From: the human T2T-CHM13v2.0 reference genome, Homo sapiens
NCBI RefSeq assembly: GCF_009914755.1
Contig: NC_060926.1
DNA length: 64,000 bases
Strand: one strand, 5' to 3'
Part shown: one piece after another, positions 47,720 to 60,374 of the stretch
Numbering within the stretch: position 1 is the first letter of the stretch
Layout: each line of letters begins with the position of its first letter
Translations under genes and position numbers: made by a program
The notes under the pieces: model-generated
Seen by the model: the letters and a program-made list of their open reading frames with translations, nothing else
The model's database searches: none
What the model was told of the DNA's origin: nothing

Positions 47720-50085
47720 AATGCCCATGATGAATATAGACATAAAAATTCTCAACAAAATCCAGCAAACCAAATCCAATAGAACATCAAAAAGTTAATT
47801 CACCACAATCAAGTAGGCTTGGGATGCAAGGCTGGTTCAACATATGCAAAGCAGTATATGTGATTCATCACATAAACAATTCAAGGCAAAACTCGCATGA
47901 TCATCTCAACAGACACAGAAAATGCTTTTGAGAAAACTCAACATTGCTTCATGATAAAACCCCTAAACAGACTAGGCATCAAAGGAACATACCTCAAAGT
48001 AATAAGAGCCATCTATTACAAATGCACAGCCATCATACTGAATGGGTAAAAGCTGCAACCATGCCCTTTGAGAGCTGGAATAAGACAAGGATGTCCACTC
48101 TCACTGCTCCTATTCAACATTGTGCTGGAGGTCCTAGTCAGAGCAATTAGCAAGAGGTCATCCAACTATCTCTCTTCATTGATGATATGATTCTACACTT
48201 AGAACACCATAAGGACTCCACCAAAAGGCTACTAGAACTGAAAAATGATTTTAATAAGGTTTCAGAATACAAAATCAATGTACAAAAAATCAGTAGCATT
48301 TCTATACATCAACAATATCCAGCTCGAGAGTCAAATCAAGAATGTAATTCTATTTACAATAGTCACAACAAACACAAAATACCTAGGAATACAGCTTACC
48401 CAGAAGGTGGAAGATCTCTACAAGGAGAACTACAAAACACTGCTGAAAGAAATCAGAGATGACACAAATAAATGGAAAAACATTCCATGCTCATGGATTG
48501 GCAGAGTCAATATCACTAAAATGCCACACTACCTAAAGCAGTTTACAGATTCAATGCTATTCCTCTCTAACTATTATACAAATGTCGTTCTTCACAGAAT
48601 TAGAAAAAACTGTTCTAAAATTCTTATGGAATCAAAAAAGGTCCCCAGTAGGCAAAGCAATCCTAAGCCAAAAGAACAAAGCTGGAAGAATAACACTATC
48701 TGACTTTATACTATAAGGCTACAGTAACCAAAACAGCATAATGGTACAAAAACAGACACATAGACCAGTGGAGCAGAGTATAAATAAAGCCACACACTTA
48801 TACAACCAACTGATTTTCGACAGGGCTGATAAACACATGCAATGGGGAAAGGATTCCCTATTTAATAAATGGTGCTGGAATAACTGGCGAGCCTTATGCC
48901 GAAGAATGAAGCTGGACCCTCACCTTCCACTATATACAAAAATTAACTCGAGATGGATTAAAGATTTAAATGTAAGCCCTCAAATTATAAAAATCCTAGA
49001 AAAAAACCTAGGGAATACCCTTCCCCACATTGGTCTTAGTAAAGAATTTTTGGCTAATTTTGCAAAAACAATTGCAACAAAAACAAAAATTAACAAGTGG
49101 GACCCAATTAAATGAAAGAGATTCTCTACAGCAAAAAAGAAAAACAAAACTATCAATAGAGTAAACAGAACCTACATAATAGGAGAAAATATTTACAAAC
49201 TGTGCATCTGATAAAGGTCTAATATCCAGAAGCAACAGGAATTTAAACAAATCGATAAGCCAAAACCAATAACCCCATCAAAAATGAGCAAAGGACAAGA
49301 ATAGGCCCTTTTCAAAAGGAGACATACAAGCAGCCAACAAACATATGAAAAAATGTTTGTCATTAATCATCAGAGAAGTCCAAATCAAAACCACAATGAA
49401 ATACCATCTCACACCAGTCAGAATGGCAATTATTAAAAAGTCAAAAAACAACAGATGCTGGCGAGGCTGCAGAGAAAAGGAACCACATATATACTGCTGG
49501 TGGGAATATAAATTACTTCAGCCTCTGTGGAAAGCAGTTTGGAGATTTCTCAAAGAATTTAAAACAGAGCTGCCATTCAATCCAGCAATCCCATTACTGG
49601 GTATATACCCAAAGGAAAATAGATAATTATACCAAAAAGATACTTGTACTTGTATATTCACCACCAAACTATTCACAATAATAAAGACATGGAGTTGACC
49701 TGGATGCCCATCAATGGTGGATTGGGTAAAGAAAATGTGGTACATACACATCACGGAATACTACACAGCCATAAAAAAGAATGAAATCATGTTCTTCACA
49801 GCAACATAAAAGGAGCTGGAGGCCATAATCCTAAATGAATGCGGCAGCAGAAAACCAAATACTGTGTGTTCACACTTACAAGTGGGAACTAAACTTTGAG
49901 CACACATGGACATAAACATGCGAGCAGTAGACACTGTGGACTACTAGAGGAGGGAGTGCAGTAGAGAGGTGTGGACAGAGAAACTAAATATTGGGTACTA
50001 TACTCAGTACCTGGATGCAATATACCCATGTAATAACCCTGCACATGTGCCCCCGTATCCAAAATAACAGTTGAATTAAAAAAAA
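47720..50085 (+). mobile_element. 5'-truncated L1 (L1PB/old L1PA), decayed ORF2 to 3'UTR
   Basis: ORF2 remnants ([26 protein letters not shown]; [13 protein letters not shown]; [20 protein letters not shown]) and A-tail. Confidence 0.92.
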
Positions 50086-50089
50086 GAGT

Positions 50090-50310
50090 TCGGGCTTTGG
50101 ATTAAATGATGACTCAACCAATTAATGCTTTGGGCATGTCTGTAATTCTCTCTGTTCAGTTTTTTTTTTCATTTTAAAATGAAGATAACAATTGTGTTAT
50201 CTCATATAGTTGTGAGAATTAAATGAGATAATATGTATAAAGTTCTCGAATATTGCTTGGCAAATAATAATAGCTTCAAAGCTACTTATCATCATTTTCA
50301 TTATAATTAT
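50090..50310 (+). mobile_element. MIR
   Basis: CAGTTTT...TAAAATGAAGATAACA...GTTGTGAGAATTAAATGAGATAATATGTATAAAG. Confidence 0.75.
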
Positions 50311-50910
50311 TCCCATCTGTATCTTCTCTCAGTAGGCATAAAGGTTATTTCCAGCTTTTTGCTACTATAAATTTTGCTGCCATGAACATTTTTGTACATT
50401 TCTACTGGCACACTTAGACAAAAGTTTCTGTAAGGCATATTCTTTTTTTTTTTTTTTCTTTGAGACGGAGTCTTGCTCTGCTTGCTCTGTCGCCCAGGCT
50501 GGAGTGTAAGGCATATTCTTAACAATGGAATGTGGGATTATAAGATATTAAGAAGTTCAGTTTTACTAAGTAAAGCTACACTGTTTTCCAAAATGATTGT
50601 GTCAATTTCCATAGTCAGCAGTAAAGAATGAAAATTCCTGTTGCTTCATATCCTTCCCAACACTTCGTAATTTCTATTAAATTTTTTCTTGCCAGTGTTG
50701 TGGATATGAAATTGTACCTTCTTTTAATTTGCATTCACTTGATTACTAGCAAGGCTGAGCAGCTTTTGTTATATTTACAGGCCATTTGTGTTTCATTTTT
50801 GGAGAAATTCCTGGATTTTGCCCATTTTTTAAAAAATTGGGTTCTGCTCTTTTAGCAATTCTTTTTTTTAGATACTAATTTTTTTGTCAGTAATGTGTTA
50901 CAAATATATT
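50310..50910 (-). mobile_element. L1ME-type fragment
   Basis: AGGTTATTTCCAGCTTTTTGCTACTATAAA...TTTAATTTGCATTCACTTGATTACTAG. Confidence 0.7.
50445..50504 (-). mobile_element. Extremely 5'-truncated Alu (~45 bp plus poly-A)
   Basis: Poly-T + TGAGACGGAGTCTTGCTCTGCTTGCTCTGTCGCCCAGGCTGGAG; perfect 16-bp TSD tgtaaggcatattctt (50429-50444, 50505-50520). Confidence 0.92.
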
Positions 50911-51302
50911 CATCAGGATCAATTGCAGTCATATATGTGGCTGGAGAGTGGGCAAAGAAGTATTAGTAAAGAAGGCTTTTCTCTGGAGATGAAGCATTTT
51001 AAGGTCTTTCATTTTTGAGTGTGTGCCTCTTTCCTAATCTCTGTCATGATTTGGAGCCAACTTTCTTGGTTTCTGCTTTGCTTCTCTCTCCAGTTCTTAT
51101 ATATAGATTAGGAGCCATGCCTTCTCCTTTCTTCCTGCCGCTACTAATCTGGTGGGTCTCCACTTTGTTTAAATAACTATCATAGCTTTATCACAGTGAA
51201 AATCGCCTAAGTATCTGCCTTGTGTTCACAAGAAGGGAGATGAGAAGAGTGTATCTTAGTCAGCTTATATCAGGTAGTCTTTAAATTTACTGTTGATTTG
51301 TC

Positions 51303-51643
51303 TAGTGGTTCTCAAATTGTTCTGCACTTTGGAATCACCCTGGGTCTTTAAAAAATACCTATGCCTGGTTCCCATCCTGCTATATTCTGATTTAAATGGT
51401 AAGGCCTGTGACCTGCACAGAGGCATTGTTTAAAAAGCTCCCCAGGTGATTTTTAATGTGCACTGGATTAGTCCTTCAGACTTAAAGTGTTATATGTGAA
51501 CCAGTAGCATTCCTATCACCTGGGAGGAGCTTTTTAGGACTGCAGGATCTCAGGTTTCACCTCAGAATTTGTATTTTAGTAAGAACCATATTTAATAAGA
51601 AATAAGTGCATTGTGTTCATATTCAGGTTTGACAAATGCTGGC
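51303..51643. mobile_element. Two adjacent MER5-type remnants
   Basis: TAGTGGTTCTCAAA...GGAATCACC...AAGCTCCCCAGGTGATT, then CAGTAGCATTCCTATCACCTGGGAG...TGCAGGATCTCAGG...AGGTTTGACAAATGCTG. Confidence 0.7.
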
Positions 51644-51959
51644 TTGTCTACTGTCGGCTTTTGCTTGGATTGTTAACCCAGAATTTTTCTTGAAAATCTT
51701 TAAGAATGCTACCTTCTCAGTAGCTCTCAGCCACACCTACTTTGGTTGTGGTTTTTCTGCTCTGATTGCTCTCTTTTTCTGATCCCATTAGCTTTTGGCT
51801 TCCAGAAAATCCTCACATTTCTCATCCATTCTCATCCTCATATTTTCTCATCCATTCTCATCCATTCTTCTCTGTTTTGTAACATGGTTATGGATTTATT
51901 CTTTTCTTATGTTTTCTCTCATTTCAGTGGAATACTTTTGAGGAAGACAATGTTGTTAC

Positions 51960-54390
51960 TATAGCAATACTTCCCAAAGTGATCTACATAATTCATTGCA
52001 ATCCCTATCAAAATTTCAATAGCCCTTTTTTTTTGCATTTATGGAAAGGTTGATCCTCAAATTTATATAGAATAATAAGGGATTCTAAATAGCCTAAACA
52101 ATCTTGAAAAAAAACCAAGTTGGAGGACCCATACTTTCACATTTCAAATTGACTACAAAGCTACAGAAATCAACACAATGTGGTACGAATATGAGAATAG
52201 ACATATGTCTATATAAATGTAATAAATTGAGAGTGTAGAAATAGACTCATACATATATGGCCATTTGACAAAGATGACCAAGTATGTCAAAATCATTCAA
52301 TAGAGAAAGAATAGTCTTTTCAATAAATATGCTGGGGCAACCAGATAGCCACATATGAAAGAATGATATTTAACTCTTGAGAAATTTAATCCTCATGTAT
52401 TACTGGTGGTAACTTAAACTGATGGAGCCAGTTTGAACAATAGTTTGACAGTTTCCCAAAAATTACATGTAGACTTACCATATGACCCAGCAATTCTACT
52501 CTTAGGTATATACCTCCGCCAAAAGGAAAATATATCTTTAGCTAAAAGCTTGTCTGTAAATTCTCATAACAGCATTATTCAAAATAGCCAAAAGTGGAAA
52601 CAACCAAAGTGTTCATTAATTGATGAATATAATTGATGAATTACATGAATAAAAATCCATGTAATGCTGTGTTATTCACTGATAAAAAGGAAATGAAATA
52701 GCTATACATACTACAACATGGATGACCTTGAAAACATTCTGCTAAATAAAAGAAGCCAGACACAATGGCCATATATTGTATGATTCCATTTATATGAAAT
52801 GTCCAGAATAGGCAAATCCACAGAGACAGAAACGAAATTAGAGATTAGTAGTTGCCAGTGATTAGGAGCGGGACTTCTTTTTGGTGTGATGGAATGTTCC
52901 AGAATTAGTGCTGTAGTTGCACAACATTGTGAATATGCTAAAAACTATTTTAAAAGTTAAAACTGGTGAATTTTATATTACATGAACATGATCTCAATAA
53001 AAATGTTTCTGATAAAAAGAATGATTTTTTTTTGTTTTTTTTTGTTTTTTTTTTTTGGTAGAGACGGGGTTTCACCATGTTGCCCAGGCTGGTCTTGAAC
53101 TCCTGGACTCAAGTGATCCACCCACCTTGGCCTCCTAAAGGTCTGAGATTATAAGCATGAGCCACTGCGCCCACCCAAAAGAATGATGTTTGACTCTTAT
53201 TTCATACCGTATACAAAATTAACTTAAAGTTAATCAAAGACCTAAAGGTAAGAGCTAAACTATAAAACTTAGAGGAAAGTGTAGGAGTAAATTTCATGAC
53301 CTAGTGTTTGGCTTTGGCTACTTAGATATGACAACAAAAACACAAGCAACAAAAGAAAAAAACAGATTGGTCTTCATCAAAATCAAAAACTTTTGTTCAT
53401 GAAAGGACACTATCAAGAAAGTAAAAGACAACCCACACAATCAGAGATAATATTTGCAAATCCTGTATCAGGTAAGGAACTAGTATACAGAATATGTTAA
53501 AACCCTAACTACTCAACAACAAAATGACAACCCAGTTTTTAAAATGAGTAAAGTCATAAATAGACATTTCTTCCAAGAAGATATACAATGGGCCAGTAGG
53601 CACATGAAAAGATGCTCAACATCATCAGTCACTACAGAAATGTAAATCAAGACCACAATGAGATGTTGTTTTCCACTGCTAGGATGGCTATTTTAAAAAA
53701 TGGGAAATAACAAGTGTTGGTGCAGATGTGGAGAAATTGTAAACTTCATACGTTGCTAGTGGGAATATAAAATTGTGCAGTTTCTGTGGAAAACAGTTTG
53801 GCAATTCCTCAAAAAGTCCTACTTACAGTTACCATATGATCCAGCAATTCCACTCCTTGGTAAACACTCATATGAAATGAAAACAGATGTTCAAACAAAA
53901 TCTTGTAAACAAATGTTCATAGCACTATTCACCATATCCAAAAAGCGGAAACAACCACAATGTCTATCAACAGTTGGGTGGCTAAGCAAAATACAGTATA
54001 TGTATTCAATAGAATGTCATTCAGGCATACAAAGGAATGAAGTACTAATTCATGCTACAATAAGAATGAAGCTTGAAAACTTCATACTAACTGAAAGAAG
54101 CCAGTCATAAAAGGCCACATACTGTATGATTCCATTTGTAGGAAATATCCAGAATAGGCAGATTCCCAGGGGCAGAAAGGTTACTGATTGCTAGGGCATG
54201 GGGTTTGGGGCAAATGAGGAGTGACTGATGAATGGGCATGGGCTTTCTTTTGCGGCAGGGAAAATGTTCTGGAACTAGAAATTGGTGGATGGTTGCACAA
54301 CATTGTGAATGTTCTCAATGCCACTGAATGTGCACTTTAAGATGACTAAAATGGTGTCTTTTATGTTATATGAATTTTACCTCAATAGAG
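51960..54390 (+). mobile_element. L1MB-class element containing a second nested L1MB 3' end (~52380-53010) and an Alu monomer
   Basis: ORF2 remnants (LPYDPAI twice: 52433..52636 and 53775..54110); two separate 3'UTRs ending CTCAATA at ~52998 and ~54387. Confidence 0.8.
53025..53176 (-). mobile_element. Alu monomer (FLAM or left arm)
   Basis: Poly-T + GTAGAGACGGGGTTTCACCATGTTGCCCAGGCTGGTC...GAGCCACTGCGCCC; TSD aaaagaatgat on both sides. Confidence 0.88.
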
Positions 54391-56329
54391 TTTTCTGATT
54401 ATAAGATGCCTGAACTTCTTATTAAATTTATTGGGATGAATTGGCTACTTCTTCCTCTTTGTCGTAATCTTTAAATTTTGCTTTAAAAAATTGTGATTTG
54501 CATAGTAAATAGTTTCTGGGTCTCACTAAATGAGATTAAGCAAATATGCTCTATACTATTATATAAGCTGTAGTCAAATAAAAAACCCTTATAATACATT
54601 ATGCTGAATTATAAATACGATTATTTCATTAGGTCTGAGTTGCCTATTCATTTATTTTATGTTAAAGGGGAACATACATTTAAAATGTTATTCCTAAAGC
54701 AATACTTGGGGTTATAACATTTAATTTCTCACAATTTAGTAGTGTACTGATCCATGTGCTTTCATATTAACTATTTAAGAGTTGCTTAATGAATATTGTA
54801 CTTAAGTGAAAAATTAAAATATTTTTAATGTTTTTAACAGTAAGTGAATTTACTGTGTAAAATGCTGAACACTGCACATAACATTCAAAGTATAGTTTAT
54901 ATGTTATCACAAATTTGTGCTGAAAAGTAGAAATATGTAAACACTTAAAGTCATTAAATCTTACTGGAACCCAAGTTTTTCCCAGAGAGTTATTACATAT
55001 TAAAGTGTAAAGTAAACCAAAAATAAAATCTTATAATCAGATTAAAATGTTTTTCAGTTGATATTTTCCCTTAGCTTTTGTTAATTGACACATATAATAA
55101 TTTCAAGAGATGATAGTAAATATATAGGGTATACATGGCACATGCAGAAATCTGTACATTTCTCTAGCGTATACTAATGTATCTATTTGAGATTTAGCTA
55201 AAACAACTGAGATGAGTGCTAACAAAAATTGGGTTATTTAAACCAGGTTGTAGAGAGTACAGTTGGTTTTCAAACTGTGTTAGACAGAAAATGATTGTTG
55301 ACTCCAGCTCAGTGTTCTTGAATACTTGTTTCTAGTCTTAATATAAATGTAATTTGTGTATATATACATAATGCTAAAATGACTTCATTTTTTTATGGAT
55401 CTTAGGGTACAAGTTTCAGAGTATTCATTTGGGCTTAAGCAGCAGGGAGCAGAACAGAATTGAGACTGAGATAAGTTAGCATTTGGGTATACTAGATAAT
55501 CTGTCTGGAGGCAGATAATTGGAATTTTTGAGTCAGATATGAATTGTGACTCCAGGTGAAGAAGTGAATCTGAAACCAGGCAGGCAGGCAGAATTCAGGT
55601 TTATAGATAAACCAATTGAACATTAGGGGAAAGCAGAAGACCAGAAACCAGGCAGACAAGTTAGCAGAACAAGACAATGAAGTACTATTAAGGCAGACAC
55701 TTTAATCTAGACAGGTAATTCATAGGAACCGAAAAGGCAATAGCTGACTTTCATTTTGAAGCATGCTCTTGATAAAAGGTGATGATTTTCATAAGCTTCC
55801 CATTAAACCAAAAGCCAGTCTCAAGTTTTGGTTTTTGTAATACTTGCTGGTATTAATAGAAGTAGAAAATAATGACTCAGCCTAGCAGGAATAGGGAAGG
55901 TGCCCACAGCATATAAGGCCACATTCTAAATACTATTGGGAATATATATTCTTTTGCTTTTTAATTGCTTTATTGCCTGGGTGGATTTAAAAATTCATAT
56001 TTCTGAAGTTTGTCTGAGACAGAAGTTGAAGATTTTTGACAGTTCACAAAATCAATAATTCTTTATTAATTATATATTTTATTATTTCATCCCAGAAAGG
56101 AGCTACATTCTTAAAAGATAACTCTTAGAAAACCATATGAGTGGCTTTCAAATTTGTATTTATCTGTCAGCCATTCTTCTAATAATTTAACTGTCATTCG
56201 GCATATATTTATTACTCGTCTGCTATGTGCTGGGCATATTTTAGGAATAAAAAAGCAGGAATAAGGGAGGAAATTGTATGTAACAGATTAACAAGATACT
56301 TTATAATAAATGTGTAATTTATATAGAGG

Positions 56330-58248
56330 AGTATACCTCAACCATCTTTCTATTTTTTTTCTATTTGACGCATTCGTTGCCTTTTTCCTGTATTCTTTTG
56401 GATTGTGTAATTTTTATGATGACATTTTATCTATTTTATTGACTTTTAAACTGTGTTTTTTGTTTTGTTTTTAGTGTTTGCTTAAGCATTTACAAATTAT
56501 ATTTTAACATGCCACAGTCTACTTTCTAATATTTTTTTTTCACTTGACATATTGGATAAGAACCTGCAATGGTATACTTCCATTTCCTTTTATTCTCTTT
56601 TGTGCTAGTTTTGTCATATATTTATTACTGCCTATGTTATAAACTCCATATGACACTGATAATATTTTTGCTTTAAACAGTTACCTGTTAAGAGTTTTTA
56701 AAGATAAGAAAAAGCTTGTTTTACACATACCGCATATTGACCATTTCCAGTACTTCAATTCTTTGTGTAGATCTACTTTTCCATGTGATATCTTTCTTTC
56801 TTTTTGAGTAGCTCCCTTTAACTTAATTTCTTGTACTGATGGTCATTTAATAACCTCCTTAAAGTTTTGTATTTTGTCAGATGTATTTTATATTTGTCTT
56901 TGCTTTTTATTGAACAGTTTTATTGAGGTATAATTTGCATCCATAAATTTACCACTTTTAAGAATACAATTCAATGATTTTTAGTGTATTTAAAGGGCTG
57001 CGCAACCACCACCACATTCTTACTTTAGAAAGTCTCCATCACCCTGAAGAGAAACTTCATTTTCATTTGTGGTCATTCCCACCCTGTCTTAGGCAATCAC
57101 TTATCTACTTTTTGTCTCTAGATTTGAATTTACTGGATGTTTTGTATAAGTAGAATCATACCGCATGTGGTCTTTTGTATGTGACTTCTTTCACTTAGCA
57201 TAATGTTTCTGAGGTTCATTCATGTTGTACTGTGTATCAGTACTTCATTTTTTATTATAAAAAAGTATTACATTGTAATACCCCTTTTTGTTTATAATTT
57301 TTCAGTTGCTGTCTGGCATTTGTGTTGTTTCCACTTTTTGCCTACTATGACTTGTGCTACTATTAATATTTGGATACCGTTCTTTGTGTGGATAGATGTT
57401 TTCACTTTGGGGGAAATACCTAATTGTCTTACCTAGGTTGGTAAAATTCTGGATATACATCTTGGAGTGAAATTGCTGGGTTATATGGTAAATTTATGTT
57501 TAACATTTTAAGAAATTGCCAAACTTTTTCAAGGTGTCTGCACCATTTTACAGTCCCAATAGCAACATATAGTGCTCCAATTTCTCCACAGCCTTCCAAC
57601 TGTTATTATCAGTCTTTCTGATTATAGCCATTCTAGAGAATGTGAACTGGTATGTCACTGTGGTTTTGATTTGCACTTTCCTAATGACTAGGGATGTTGG
57701 ACATCTTTTAATGTGCTTACTGGCTATTAACATATCTTTTCTGGGGGGAATATATCGATTCAAATATTTTGTCCTTTCTTATTGAGTTTTAGGAGTTCTT
57801 TATAGATTATAGATGAGTCCCTTATAAGATCTATAATTTGCAAATGTTTTCTGTCTGTCTAGATCATGTCTTTTTATTTGCTTGATAGTGTCTTTTGGAA
57901 CACAAAAAGTCTACATTATTTTTTTCTTTTATTATTTGTTCTTTTGGTGTCCTATCTAAAAATCGTTGCTTAACCAAAAGTCATGAAGATTTGCCCTTAT
58001 GTTTTCTTCTAAGAAGTTTTGTGGTTTCAGTTCTTACACACAGGTCCATGATTTATTTTTCATTAATTTTCGTGTATGGCATAAGGCAAGGGTTCAAATT
58101 AGTCCTTTTGCATGTAGATATCTAATTGTTTTAGAATGAGTTGTTGAAAAGACCCTGTCTTCCCCATTGAACTGTCTTGCACCTTTTAAGAAGTATGTTT
58201 CGTATATAATATGAAAGTTAACTTTATTCCTGGACTTTCAATTCTATT

Positions 58249-58299
<51 letters not shown>

Positions 58300-58650
58300 C
58301 CTATGCCAGTACCACATTATCTTGATTATTGTAGCTTTAGAGTGAGCTTTGAGATTAAGATGTGTAAGTACCCCAAACTACTTGTTTTATTTTAGATATT
58401 CTGTTTTAGATATTCTGTTTCCTTTGAATTTTCATATGAATTTTAGGTTTGCCTTGTCAATTTCTGCCAAAAAAAAGCCTCCTGGGAGTTTGATAGAAAT
58501 TGCCTTAAAATTTCTATCTAAAAGAAGTCAATTAGATTTATTGCCTTAGATTTATAAGATGTAATATTACCATCTTAACAAGAAGATATCTTAACAAAGT
58601 CTTCTGATTCATGAACATGGAATGTCTCTTCCTTTATTTAGATATTCTTT
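56330..58650 (-). mobile_element. Old L1M fragments (L1ME-type ~56330-56900; L1MB-type ~56905-58650)
   Basis: TTTTATTGAGGTATAATTTGCAT 3' end; ORF2 remnant KHIKRCPTSLVIRKVQIKTT (57548..57763). Confidence 0.75.
58251..58297. repeat. (ATCT)n tetranucleotide STR, about 11-12 units
   Basis: Directly visible perfect run. Confidence 0.97.
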
Positions 58651-58654
58651 AATT

Positions 58655-60372
58655 TTTTTTTAACTTGTAAGTTCAGAGGTACAAGTGCAGGTTTGTTACA
58701 TAGGTAAACTTGTGTCATGGGGGTTTGTTGTATAGATTATTTCATTACCCAGGTATTAAGCCAAATACCCATTACTTATTTTTGCTGATCCTCTCCCTCT
58801 TTCCCACTCTCCAACCTCTGAAAGGCCCCAGTTTGTGTTGTTCCCCTCTCTGTGTCCATGTGTTCTCATCATTTAGCTTCCACTTCTAAATGAGAACATG
58901 CAGTATTTGGTTTTCTGTTCCTGCATTTGTTTGCTAAGGATAATGGACTCCAGCTCCATCCATGTCCCTGCAAAGGACATGATCTCATTCTTTTTTATGG
59001 TTGCATAGTATTCCATGGTGCATATGTACCACATTTTCTTTATCCAGTCTACCACTGATGGACATTTAGGTGGATTACATGTTTTTGCTATTGTGAATAG
59101 TTCTGCAGTGAACATATGCATACAAGTGTCTTTATAATAGAATGATTTCTATTCCTTCGGGTATATACTCACTAATGGGATTGCTGGGTTGAATGGTATT
59201 TCTGTCTTTAGGTTTTTGAGGAGTCACCACACTGTCTTCTACAATGGCTGAACTAATTTACACTCCCACCAACAGTGTATAAGGTTTCCTTTTTCTCCAA
59301 AACCTCACCAGCGCCTGTTATTCTTTTACTCTTTAATAATAGTCATTCTGACTGGTGTGAGATCCTATCTAATTGTGGTTTTGGTTTGCATTTCTGTAAT
59401 GGTCAGTGATGTTGAACTTTTTTTCATATGATTGTTGGCCACATGTATGTCTTCTTTTGAGAAGTGTCTGTTCATGTCCTTTGCCCACTTTTTAATGTTT
59501 TTTTTTTTTTCCCTTGTAAATTTAAGTTCCTTATGGGTGCTGGATACTAGACCTTTGTTAGATGTGGAGTTTGCAAAATTTTTCTCCCATTCTGTAAGTT
59601 GTCTTTTTACTCTGTTGATAGTTTCTTTTGCTGTGCAGAAGCTCTCTGCTTTAATTAGATTCCATTTGTCAAGTTTTGCTTTTGTTGCATTCTGTAGGTT
59701 GTCTTTTTACTCTGCTGATAGTTTCTTTTGCTGTGAAGAAGCTCTTCAGTTTAATTAGATACTATTTGCCATTTTTTGCTTTTGTCACAATTGCTTTTGG
59801 TGTCTTTGTCATGAAATATTTGCCCTTTCCTATGTCCAGAATGATATTACCTAGGTTGTCTTCCATGGTTTTTATAGTTTTGAGTTTTACATTTAAGTCT
59901 TTAATCCATCTTGAGTTAACATTTGTATATTATGTAAGGGAGGGATCCAGTTTCAATCTTCTCCATATGGCTAGCCAGTTATCCCAGCACCATTTGCTTA
60001 ACAGGGAGTCCTTTCCCCCTTCCTTGTTTTTTTTTTTTTTTCAGCTTTGTTGAAGATCAGATTGATTTTCAGCTTTGTTGAAGAAGGTGTGTGGCCTTAT
60101 TTCTGGGCTCTTTATTTTTTTCCATTGGTCTATGTGTTTGTTTTTATACTAGTACCATGCTATTTTGGTTACTGCAGCCTTGTAGTACAGTTTGAAGTCA
60201 GGTAGTGTGATGCTACCAGCTTTGTTTTTTTCGCTTAGGATTGTCTTGGTTATTTGGGCTCTTTTTTGTTTCCAAGTGAATTTTAAATTAGTTTTTTTCT
60301 AGTTTTTGTGAAGAATGGAATTGGTAGTTTGATAGAGATAGCATTGAATCTATAAATTGCTTTGGACAGTAT
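58655..60372 (-). mobile_element. 5'-truncated L1 (older L1PA/L1PB)
   Basis: 3'UTR GGTACAAGTGCAGGTTTGTTACATAGGTAAACTTG; ORF2 C-terminus (PKCPSVVDWIKKMW); internal ~100-bp tandem duplication at ~59588-59790. Confidence 0.9.
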
Positions 60373-60374
60373 GT

